Source of the DNA: Octopus bimaculoides
Lineage: Eukaryota
NCBI RefSeq assembly: GCF_001194135.2
Contig: NC_068982.1
Span: 162,105,882-162,169,881, forward strand
DNA: 64,000 nt
Direction: 5' to 3'
The position numbers and the translations under genes were made by a program. Of the stretch, positions 13,762-25,199 are shown in pieces; within the stretch, counting starts at the first letter, position 1; each line of letters starts with the position of its first letter. Below the pieces are notes generated by a model. It saw nothing but the letters and a program-made list of their open reading frames with translations. It had not been told where the DNA came from and did not search any database.

Positions 13762-14802
13762 AGTTAAGATGTTCTGCCTGTTATTGCTAGTAATTTGAAT
13801 AACTGTATAGAAGATGGCAAAGGATTATATATTGCCATGGTGTTGGCTGGGGTCTAACTAGATACACTAAGAATACACTAATGTGTGGTTTGTAGCAAGG
13901 TGTTTGAGGATTCAACTGTTGTGACAACATAGAGATGTATTGCAGTATGTACAGTGGTGCAGCAGAACAGTTACAGTGATAGTGTTGTTACCATATAGCT
14001 CTAGTGGTACTCCAGTTGTACAGTTACAGTGATGGTATAGATGTAGTGGTATACAAGTAGTATAATTATAGTGGTAGTGCAGAGTTGTATTGCTATGGTG
14101 GGATTACAAGTGTGTGGTTATGATGTTATAATAATATGAAAGAAAAGTGATGGTGTCTTTCTAGACTACCCAACATTATATAAGGGCAGTTGAGACTAAT
14201 TGAGGTGAAGCTGGTGACATGTATAAGAGGAGCATTCAGCTGTAGAAACTTTGCCGGATCGGATTGGAGAATGGTGCAGCCTTCTGGCTTGCCAGCCCTC
14301 AGTCAGACTGTCCAACCCATGCCAGCATGGAAAGTGGACGTTAAACGACGATGATGATGATGACGATGCTGAACAGACTTGTGAAGGGATTTGGTATAGG
14401 GAAACTGAAAAAGGAGCCTATACTTTAAACATATGTACGTTTACACATGTGTATTACTGTCTCCCTGACTTTGTGTGATAGTTGTAAATGAATGTCACCA
14501 TCATGTAAGCAGTATACTTTGTTTTCAGTCTTCCATAAAAACGTGTTTGGTTATGGGGAGATATTATCTTACCTGGAAACAGGTGCAGGTTGGTGACAGG
14601 CCATAGAAAATCTGCCTCAGTAAAATTCCATCTGACCCTTGCAAACATGGAAAAATGGATATTAAACCAATAAGGATTATGATGATGTTAACACAGACTT
14701 GTGGTGCAATGGATAACACTCATGCTTACAATTGAGGAAATTCTAGATTCAATTCCTGGCAAGCTCAAATTATCTAAGATTTATAAAATGAGTTTTATAA
14801 TG

Positions 14803-15180
14803 TTCAGGCATGTCTGTGTGGTTAAGAAATTTTCCTTGCAAGCATGTGGTTTCAAGTTCAGTCCCACTGCTTGGTGTCTTCTGTTATAGCCCCAGGCCTG
14901 TTAATGCCTTGTGAATGAATTTGGTAGATGAAAACTGTGGAACTCTGTCATACATGTGTTTGTTTGTGGGTTTTTGAACCACACGTGCACAACATCAACT
15001 GACAACCATTGCTGGTTTGTTTACATCCCTGTAACTTAGTTGTCTGACAAAAGAAACCAATAGAATAAGTACCAGGTTTAAAAAGTAAACATTGGGGTAC
15101 AATTGTTCAACTTAACCATTCAAGGCATTGCCCCAGCATGACCACAGCCCAATGACTAAAACAACTAAAAGATTAAAGAT
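14803..15180 (+). mobile_element. Diverged SINE family A copy
   Basis: GGTTCAAGTTCAGTCCCACTGC head and GATAGAATAAGTACC...CCAGCATGACCACAG...ACTAAAAGA tail shared with 46918-47351. Confidence 0.7.
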
Positions 15181-15816
15181 ATAGTATTCTTAGAATCTTC
15201 AGTCAAAACAATGTAATGTTCTGAATGAGGTGAAATAACAAACATCTGTTCCAGAAATTACATCAGGACAAGTTACAGCAAAGTTTCAAAACTTAATGGT
15301 GAATTACTTCTTGTTCCCCCAATTGACAGCCTCACTTCTTATTTAATTGTGTTGAAGTCGTCCATTATGTATGTAGCTACAGTATTTAGTTTGCTGGGAG
15401 TTTTGTGTAATTCTATCCATAGTTTTCATATTTGAACAGAAATTGAAGACATTTTTGTCAGGTAAAACTTTTCAATGGTATATAGTTAAACAGGATGTTT
15501 AGTATCTGAGCAAATGGTGGGTTTGGCAGATCCGGGGTGAAGAAATAGGCTATGACACAGATGGGGGAGACCTACAGGAAGACACACTGGAAAAATAGTA
15601 GCGGTGGCAGTGTAATAATTTCACTTCAACATTCCAGGAATTTCACTGACCTTGTTTGTTTGCAGTAAAATTCAGATAATTAGCTCAAAATTCCGTGACT
15701 CTTTATATCATACTATATAATATCATAAGCTAGTATTGAGTTCTTTTTTCCAACTCTGCAGTTATGTGTTCAATGAAAATACTCACTTTCATCTCTCTCT
15801 CTCTCTCTCTCTCTAT

Positions 15817-16230
15817 NNNNNNNNNNNNNNNNNNNNNNNNNNNNNNNNNNNNNNNNNNNNNNNNNNNNNNNNNNNNNNNNNNNNNNNNNNNNNNNNNNNN
15901 NNNNNNNNNNNNNNNNNNNNNNNNNNNNNNNNNNNNNNNNNNNNNNNNNNNNNNNNNNNNNNNNNNNNNNNNNNNNNNNNNNNNNNNNNNNNNNNNNNNN
16001 NNNNNNNNNNNNNNNNNNNNNNNNNNNNNNNNNNNNNNNNNNNNNNNNNNNNNNNNNNNNNNNNNNNNNNNNNNNNNNNNNNNNNNNNNNNNNNNNNNNN
16101 NNNNNNNNNNNNNNNNNNNNNNNNNNNNNNNNNNNNNNNNNNNNNNNNNNNNNNNNNNNNNNNNNNNNNNNNNNNNNNNNNNNNNNNNNNNNNNNNNNNN
16201 NNNNNNNNNNNNNNNNNNNNNNNNNNNNNN
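15817..16230. other. Assembly gap flanked by (CT)n
   Basis: N run. Confidence 1.
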
Positions 16231-16231
16231 N

Positions 16232-16265
<34 letters not shown>

Positions 16266-16268
16266 GCA

Positions 16269-16309
<41 letters not shown>

Positions 16310-19300
16310 GCACTCTCTCTCTCTCATACACAATATGCAAGATGAAAAATATAATTCTCTCACTCGTGTGCATGCATGCACTTAAACACACACACACACA
16401 CACACAAACAAACAAAATCGCCTCTGCATATATGTATCTACATATATCAAAATATATTTTGACTTGTGAAATTATCTCAATGAAACATGCAATAATTCCT
16501 ATTTCATTGGTTTGGTGTAAATTGAGGCAACATATATGTTATCGTGTTAATTATCTGTACTGTAATTAAAGTACATTTCACTAATTAACTGAACTGAAAT
16601 TCTAATACACCAGAAAAAATATTATTTCATTTATTTACTTAATTTGTACATATATTTATGGTTTAACCGAAGGCAGAACAACATTGTCCATGACTTTTGC
16701 AGGACCTTAGATAATGGTACAGGAAATGGAAGGACGAAATTGACACCTTGGGTTTCTGTTAAATGCTGCCTGAATCTTTGTAAACAGCTTAGTTGGGAAT
16801 CTGTGATACAGATGTGCTACAAGCAAATGAGGGAAGCCTTATGAAGCAGCAGAATGAGGTGGGAGTGTGAGGATTGGGAGGGGGCCTACAAATTACCACA
16901 TTTAATAAAGAAAGATGGTTTCTTTCCAAATTTTTAAACATATCAATCGCTATGGTGAAGATAGAGGAATTATAGAGATGCAAAATATATTTTGTCTTCA
17001 TTAATACAGAGTGGGAAAGGTGCCAAAAAATTTCGCTATCTTTTGATGGGGAGGACTCTCGTTAATCTGATAACACTGCTTGAAGAAACAATATTTTTAT
17101 CATCATACTAACAGAAACACCACCCTATGGGCAGTTTTCTACTGGAATATGTCATGTTTGCTTGTAGGAATATGTTGTGTAGATTTCTGCATACATATAT
17201 ATGTGTGTGTGTGTGTGTATATATATATATGTGTGTGTATATGTGTGTGTATACTTACACACTTTTTGTAATCATTTATTTTTTTATGAAAACAATTGAG
17301 TAGGGAGAGAGAGATGTGTATGCTGCAATGAATAAAAATTAGTTTTCTGATTAGCATGTAGTTGAAATCTTCAATAATGAAAGAATTTTGAAAACTTCAT
17401 CTCAATAAAAATTTATTAAAATTGGAATTTATAAGAATTTTGTTGGCTTTGATAATTGCCTTCTTTTAGGTTAAGTTACATAATTCTAATTAATAAGCAA
17501 CTCCCTTTATTAAGGTGTGTGTGTGTATACATACATACATACATACATACATTGTGTATGTGAATGTATTCATTTAGAAACCAGAGAGATTCCTTGTAAT
17601 TATGTCTTAAGATTGTGTGGTTAAAAAGTTAATCTTGTAACTATGTAGTTTAGGGTTTCGTTTTATTCCATAACACTTATAGCAAAATATATTTGACCTG
17701 AGATAGAAGAATCTTGTCAATCGGACATTTCTTGTTTTGGGGTAATATACTTTATCACGTGGCTCTTGAGTGCCTTTAGAAGTCTACACTGTCTTACAAG
17801 CATTCAGGCCAGGTGTCTTGTCTGAAGATATCTTTCTCCATTCCAGTCTCTGATGTCACTAAACCATTAAAAACAAAATGTTCTGTGTTCCACTCCTGCC
17901 ATGGTTGGTATTGCCTTTTGTCTTTCCAAAGTAAATACAATTAGTAACAGTAATAGACAAGGAGTAGGATCAGTTGACTTTTGTAACCAATGTAGGAAAT
18001 CATAATTTCATTTTAATCTTCAATGCTTTCATTATATCATAGAGGCTAATGAGTAATCCTTTTGTGTTTACTGGTTTCAGCGGTTGGCTTTGGTTATTGT
18101 CATCATTTAAACCAACACATATGATACTGGACAATGCAGAATGAAAGTGTGTGTGTGTGTACATGCGCATGTGTGCGTGCTTGCATGTGCAATTCATATA
18201 GCTAATATCTCATGTGTATTTGTTTAAGCAAGGTTTGTCTCTGGCATGTTGACATATCCAAGATGATTTCAAAAGAACCCAGTATCTGTGTAACACTTGA
18301 ATCAATAAGACTTTGCAAATACTTTGTTACTGACTATTGTGGTCCAAATCTCAGAAAATATTTCCTTAGTGTTTCCTCTACAACTTCTTTATTTCAGGTA
18401 GTTGCCATCATCATCGTTATATAATGTCAGTTTTCTCCACAATGACCTGTATGAGTTACCAGTACAGCATATTCCCACTCAATCCTTCATCATCTCTATA
18501 TTCTACATATCTGACCTCATCATCAGTACTTTTCCTGTCTTCTTTAGTCAGTGTTAGTAATTAAGAGCAAGGTTCTATTCATGTCTAGGCTGAGGTGAGG
18601 TGTTCGAGTCAGCCTTTAATATGATTTTTCTTATATATGTTTCTCTGTCTCCTTTCTTTTACTGGTTTTAGTCATTCCATTGCAACCCCAATATATGTTC
18701 AGTTTGGTACTTATTATATGTCTTTATTTTATCAATTGGCTTAATTACCATTTTGACACACATTTTTATAATCATCTGTGCTGTGTTCAGCACAAAATAG
18801 CAGACAGGAATAGAAACATACCCCTGACCAAATTCAATGCACCAGTCATTGGACCACCTAAGTAGACTATAATAGAAGACACTTACCCAAAGTTTCATAC
18901 AGTGAGAATGTATCTAGAACCACAAAGCTTCCAACCAAAACTTTCTAAGTACTCAATCATACCTATGCATATCTCTCTCTTTCAGTAGTTTCCAGTGATA
19001 TATCTATAAATGCATGCATGATCTACACTTAAGATAGTTATCTAAAACAATGCTAACAGCATCAGCATCATTTTTGTTTTTCTCTTTCTTTCTAGTATGT
19101 TCTACCAAACTGATATGTCTTGAGTTTGCTCTATGGCTTCTCACCATTTTTTCTTTAATATGATCTTGCAATTTTCTTGTTTCATTTGGATGGAATTTTC
19201 TAATCTGATGCCCATTTATTGTGGTAGCAGCTCAAATCAGGTTGTCTTTCAAAACAACAGGCCATCTTTATTATGTACTGAGTTGTATTTCACATAGCTG

Positions 19301-20082
19301 TTCTCCTTGGCAAGATGTCTCCATTCCCATCAGTGACAGAAAAAATAACAAATCTCTTTTAGGTATGCATATAAGATGAAACAGAATAGGAATAAAGAGA
19401 AGGATGGTACTTGGATTTTGTGCAGGATTTGTGCCATAACTGCAGTGGAATAAAGGGGTATTAAAGCATGAGTTAACAAAGGGGTTTCTTCTTGGTCATA
19501 TAAATAGCAGCCAACTCTCTCAAATTACACTGTCTCAACTGAAAAAAAGGAAGATTATATTGGATAATATAGTTTTTAGATACATTATGGTTATGAAAAA
19601 ATGTATAACAATGACTAGAATATTTTTAATTGTAAGTGTGCTTACTCAGGGCTAAAAAGCTGGAGCTAAACAACAGGAAGGATAGCTATGAAAAGGTAGA
19701 TAGAGTGATGGCAAGACATTAGACTCAACATAGTCATGGTGATGTGGAGTTTTAAGCAAGTAACTTACAAATTTATAAGACATGAAACATATCTTCAACA
19801 TAGCCAAAACCTTTTTATAAAGACAGGCTGCTCCCTTCAGAGCTAGAAAATGTTTCAGTCCTCAACAACTACTAATTCTCTATAAAACAAATGCAGGTAA
19901 GGCCCGCAATGGATTGCTGCTCCAACATTTGTGACAGACTTACTGCTACACACACATCCTAGACCATGCCCCCACACATACACACACACTCTAGACTATG
20001 TCTATGGAAAGGCCACTTTGATTGAGTGACATGAAGTCGCTCATTAAGACAATGCAATTTTTAGTTCAGAGACCTGCTGACT

Positions 20083-20119
<37 letters not shown>

Positions 20120-20489
20120 ATTACTATAATGGCCTCTGCTCCTTAGAGGCTGGTCTCATCTCACCTCCATTCTGGAACTCTTGACTCAGTTATCTCTACT
20201 CCTCTCATCATTTTTGATCTTGTGCTTCCTTTGCCAAATCCTTTCTCCTTCAAACATTGGCTCTTTGCAAGTATTTTTTTGTAGCTGTCAGCTTGCAACT
20301 GTTCATCAAGAATGTTAACTATGTTGATCTGTAACCACCAATAATAATAATAATAATAACCATTTTTGTGTACACGCACTCACACACATCTGCACATGTG
20401 TGTATATATGTATAATATCCTTATGTTTACCTAACCATCATCATCACCATCAAAGTCTGTGTCCTACTGAAGTAAGAACCATCTGATAA

Positions 20490-20551
20490 ATGTTTCTATT
20501 GCAAGAATTCATGTTGGTGAGAAATTATTATTTTGCCGATAATTCTTTACG
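20490..20551 (+). CDS. trio: Candidate alternative (first) coding exon of Trio: MFLLQEFMLVRNYYFADNSL(R)
   Basis: CG|GTATGT donor 80 nt upstream of the next exon. Phase 2 matches, giving NSLR-KWL (vertebrate Trio has NTLRKWL). In-frame ATGs at 20490 and 20511 follow an in-frame TAA. No transcript evidence. Confidence 0.45.
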
Positions 20552-20631
20552 GTATGTTTTTTGTTTAACCAATTTGTGTTCCTAAATTCTTCTGTAGCTG
20601 TCTATTGACAATATTGTGTTTAAATTTGTAG

Positions 20632-20773
20632 GAAATGGTTGATAGATCCAGTTCGTAAATTAAGTCACAGCAAAATAGAGAAAGGTGGTCTGGAGAAACA
20701 CACAGTACCACCATTTGAACTGAAAGCTGACAGAATACAGAAGAAAACTGTTGCTAACCTCTCCGCTATGAAG
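20632..20773 (+). CDS. trio: Trio exon A (phase 2 to 0): KWLIDPVRKLSHSKIEK...NLSAMK
   Basis: TTGAC branch-like site, TTTGTAG acceptor and AAG|GTAAGT donor; matches the Trio/Kalirin KWLxxPVRxLS motif that follows SH3-1. Confidence 0.9.
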
Positions 20774-20980
20774 GTAAGTTTTATTTTTCCTTAAGCTTCT
20801 GTTTTTACTAGTTTTAACATTGTAGAATGACAAAGTTATATTAATTGATGTTCTAAGTACAAATCCTTTAGCAGTTGACATTGGTCAAGTACTGCTCTAA
20901 ATATATAACAGTATTTAGTTGCATTCTTTTTTTCTTTAATGGATTAGTTAAGAAGAAAGTCAATGCCAATAATCTTTTGC

Positions 20981-21015
<35 letters not shown>

Positions 21016-22499
21016 TGTGACTCGTGAGGGAGAGGAGGGATGGGAGTATGATTCAAGAGTTCATGCAATAAGAATCAGCATATCAGGTAGTATCCTGGTT
21101 TGAATGTTTGTAACAAAATGGAATCTGTTAAAGGCATCCACTTGGTCAGGGATAGTGTTCACCTTGGCAACATGTTAAGTCTAAATCTTATCAGAGTTAA
21201 TAAAACTGCAGGTGGTGGTTGTAGCAATGAGGATAAACACTTGCTGTTATTTGAGACTTATGAAGGTTGTGTCTCCATTATGAAGTCTACTCTCTGTACG
21301 TGGAAGGGATCTTCTGCAGTGCTTTCAAGACTGGTAGGGTAAAAGATATCCTTCGACATTACAAATATTCCTTTCTCTGCTTAAGTAAAAATAATTATTA
21401 CTATAAGTAGACATCCTTGATAAGTAAATCAGCTAATTATTTATTTACTTTGTAATTAATTTTAATTATTAATATTCAAAGAGATGGTTGAAACAAAAAG
21501 TAAGTTTCCAGATTAGATTATTTGCAGTACTAGGTAATGAGGTGTTCATATCTTATCAGAATCAACTTCAGCTTTCTTCACAATGAAATCAGTATTTTAC
21601 TGGGGTCAAATGAATGCAATGTACTCTAACCCTAATCCTAACTCTTCACTCCTTTAAAAATGGTTTTGTTTTAAATTTGATTTTACAAAATTAAATGTGG
21701 TGTTTAGTTCAGTTATGTTCTGAGTTTAAATTCTGAAATCACCTTGGGTTGTCAAAAAAATACCAGCTTTATAAGTTAATTTAATCATCTATTTTTTTCT
21801 TGGAAATTCAAGACTTTTATATCTATTAGAAATCATTATTAATTAGAGAATTAACACACATAATCGTTACTGTTATACTGACCTGATCTAGATCCCTCAT
21901 CATCATCATTTTACATCTACTTTGCATGCTGGCATGGGTTGGAGTGTTGAACAGGATTTGGTAAGTCATAGGGCCCTGTCTTGCTCCACCTCAGTTTTGG
22001 TAAGGTTTCTTCAGTTGGATGCCCTTCCTAACACTTACCTTTACAGTGTGCAGTGGGTGCATTTTTCATGGCTCCAGCATTATAGTGGTGTCTTACTCTC
22101 AGCAAGACTAATGTTCAGTCTAGATAACTTGTCCCTTCTTTGTTTTCCAACCACTTCACAAAGTGTACTGGGTGCCTTTTCTGTGGCACCAGAACTCATG
22201 GAGTCACCTCATAATTAACAAGACCAAAGAGTTCGCATGACTGAAAGAGGCAGAGGAATAGTGCTGTGTGTGTGTGTGTGTGAGTGAGTGGTGATTTTAG
22301 GCAAAGTATTGAGAAAAGTTAAATGTGTGATAGAAAGAACAGATTTATTGTTGTAAGAAGCTGATAGTAAGGAAAGTAATAGGAAACAGTGTTGCAAGAG
22401 AGAATAGAAAGGCTAGGGAAAGGGGGGAAGAGAAAGCATAGTGTTGTGGGTTAGTGAGAGACGGGGACAGAGGAGTGAGGATAAGTTGTTGTGTGTGTG

Positions 22500-23560
22500 G
22501 TTGGGGAGCAGGCACACTTAAACGGCTTCTCTTATGGAAGGATTATCCTGAGGTTGGGCATCGTACATTGTGGCTCAGTTTTGCTATGAGAAACAGTCAT
22601 CATCATCATCGTTTAACGTCCGCTTTCCATGCTAGCATGGGTTGGACGATTTGACTGAGGACTGGTGAAACCGGATGGCAACACCAGGCTCCAGTCTGAT
22701 TTGGCAGAGTTTCTACAGCTGGATGCCCTTCCTAACGCCAACCACTCAGAGAGTGTAGTGGGTGCTTTTACGTGTCNNNNNNNNNNNNNNNNNNNNNNNN
22801 NNNNNNNNNNNNNNNNNNNNNNNNNNNNNNNNNNNNNNNNNNNNNNNNNNNNNNNNNNNNNNNNNNNNNNNNNNNNNNNNNNNNNNNNNNNNNNNNNNNN
22901 NNNNNNNNNNNNNNNNNNNNNNNNNNNNNNNNNNNNNNNNNNNNNNNNNNNNNNNNNNNNNNNNNNNNNNNNNNNNNNNNNNNNNNNNNNNNNNNNNNNN
23001 NNNNNNNNNNNNNNNNNNNNNNNNNNNNNNNNNNNNNNNNNNNNNNNNNNNNNNNNNNNNNNNNNNNNNNNNNNNNNNNNNNNNNNNNNNNNNNNNNNNN
23101 NNNNNNNNNNNNNNNNNNNNNNNNNNNNNTCCTGAGCCTACCTCTTCCACGGGTTCCCTCAACTGTTAGGGTGTGGCACTTTTTCACGCAGCTATCCTCA
23201 TCCATTCTCACCACATGTCCATACCAGCGCAATCGTCTCTCTTGCACGCCACAACTGATGCTTCTAATGTTCAGCTTTTCTCTCAAGATACTTACACTCT
23301 GACGGGTATTCACATTGACATTACACATCCAACGGAGCATACTGGCTTCATTCCTTGCGAGCTTACGTATGTCCTCAGCAGTTACAGCCCATGTTTCACT
23401 GCCATGTAGCATGGTTGTTCGTCTGCTGTCTAAACTAACTAAGATACCTGCTGGCGTTAGTGAGCGCTCCATGAGACTTCATATTTCTCTTGCAGAAAAT
23501 CCCTATACCTCCTTATTAAATGCATATGCACCAGCTCTGCCTTCTGATAGTCACAATGCA
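22500..23560 (+). mobile_element. Old BovB-like RTE endonuclease fragment, split by a younger RTE insertion
   Basis: LWKDYPEVGHR...FAMRNS (to 22598) joins LLSKLTKIPAGVSERSMRLHISLAENPYTSLLNAYAP (from 23423). Confidence 0.7.
22599..23420 (-). mobile_element. 5'-truncated young RTE LINE (RT C-terminus, 3' UTR, (GAT)n tail)
   Basis: RTTMLHGSETWAV...RRLRWYGHVVRM...EGTRGRGR is open without stops; GTC microhomology/TSD at 22596-22598 and 23421-23423; internal N gap at 22777-23129. Confidence 0.9.
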
Positions 23561-23599
23561 GATCAGGCACTAAGACATTGTTGTTACTGCTGTTATTGT

Positions 23600-23842
23600 T
23601 GCTGCAGCAGCAGCAGTGAGCTCGCAGAATCATTAGCATGCTGGACAAAATACTGAGTGACACTTCATCCATCTTAATGTTCTTAGTTCAAATTCCACCG
23701 AAGTCATCTTCACTTTTCATCTTTTTGGGGTAGATGAAATAATTACAAGTTATGCAGTGGGGTCGAAGTAATTGACTGGCTTCTCCCCCAAAATGTTAGG
23801 TCTTGTGCCTATAGTAGAAAGGATTATTATTATTATTATTAT
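23600..23842 (+). mobile_element. SINE family B copy
   Basis: GAGCTCGCAGAATCATTAGCATGCTGGACAAAAT head and GTCTTGTGCCTATAGTAGAAAGG(ATT)n tail. Confidence 0.8.
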
Positions 23843-24537
23843 TTAATTCCAGCAACTACTGGTGCATGAAATGTTATACATAGTTATCCAAATATTTTAC
23901 AGCTGACTGACCTCTAAATGATGACTACCAGCTGCTCCTCTAGTTTTTAATATCTACTCCCAAAAAATTAGGCATCTTTGATTATCAGAAGTGTATGTAG
24001 GTTTACATTCCAGCTGTTAATTGTTATTATTATTACTTGAGAACCTTCTCAATTAATAACATATTTAGCCTACTATAAATGTAGTGGTGTAGTTGTTATA
24101 CACAAATATATCAATGTTTGAAACGTTGGCTCAGATATTGAATTGGTTATATGTTTTAGGATTTTGTAAATTTCTCATTGCAACATGAACTGTTAATGTT
24201 GCTTTTCTGAATCACATATACTTTATAATATTTATGGTGGCATATAAGTAGATAAAGCCAGCTTAGGCTTTGTCAGTTGCTTTTATATACATACATAGAG
24301 AGAGGCAATTAAATATAACAGCTTGGGTTTTGCTTTACATAATATCAAACCAAAGCTGTTATATTTAATTTGTTTATCCTCATAATTGCCTCCATATCTG
24401 CTCTCCTGGATTCTTCTTATAAACACTCTTTACCCCATGGAATTGGTCCCTCTTAAAGACACCAGAGTCTAAGTTTGAATCATTTGAGCACTTCTAAGTG
24501 TTTTCTATACCAAGAGTCTCTGGATTTCGTCCTTTAG

Positions 24538-24860
24538 TGAAGGTGCATGGTTCAGTGGTTAGAGCATTGGGCTCACAACCACGAGGTAGTGAGTTTTGAT
24601 TCCCAAACCAGGCTGTCTGTTGTGTTCTTGAGCAAGACACTTTATTTAACATTACTCCAGTTCACTCTACTCTAGAAATGAGTTATCATCCTTTGCCTTT
24701 CCCTTCGATAACATTGGTGGCGTGGAGAGGGGAAACTATTATGCACAGGTGACTGTTGGTTTTCCATAAACAGCCTTGCCCGGACTTGTGCCTCAGAGGG
24801 GAACTTTCTAGTTGCAATCCCATGGTCTTTCATGACTGAAGCGGGGTCTTTCACCCTATA
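24538..24860 (+). mobile_element. tRNA-headed SINE (family C-like head, different body)
   Basis: A-box TGGTTCAGTGG and TTCTTGAGCAAGACAC core. Confidence 0.65.
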
Positions 24861-24959
24861 GAAAAGTTACCTCTTTACTTAGTTGTTACTACACTATCAC
24901 CATGATGTATGTGTGTTGTTTTCCATAACTCAAGCACACACCTGTTTTTTAATGCAGTA

Positions 24960-25199
24960 CTATTCAAGCGTGGCTGATGCCAGTGCTGCCTGACTGGCTC
25001 CTGTGCTGGTGGCATGTAAAAAGCACCCATTACACTTTTGGAATGGTTTGCATTAGGAAGGGCATCCAGCTGTAGAAACCTTGCCAAATCAGATTGGAGC
25101 CTGGTGCAGCCTCCTGGCCTATCAGTTCTCAGTGAAACTGTCCAGCTCATGCCAGCATGGAAAGCAGATGTTAAACGACAATAATGATGATGATGATGA
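24960..25199 (+). mobile_element. RTE-type 3' end, older copy
   Basis: Homologous to 1-200 but more diverged; (GAT)n tail. Confidence 0.8.

Noticed and set aside
15730-16569. Long ORFs in the track spanning N runs (also at 13281, 22665-23472, 38617 and 45884)
   Set aside because: Their length comes from X codons and (CT)n/(CA)n repeats. Only the RTE RT part of 22768-23472 is real coding-derived sequence.
16644-16844. ORF with PWVSVKCCLNLC as a Duet-like Cys-rich first exon
   Set aside because: It ends in a stop with no suitable in-phase donor, and the similarity is too weak.
20597-20631. Upstream cryptic acceptor (TTCTTCTGTAG) for exon A
   Set aside because: It adds 34 nt and breaks the frame; the branch-like TTGAC lies downstream of it and favours 20631.
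21626-21643. Telomere-like CTAACCCTAATCCTAACT
   Set aside because: Only three degenerate units, which is expected by chance or from repeat debris.
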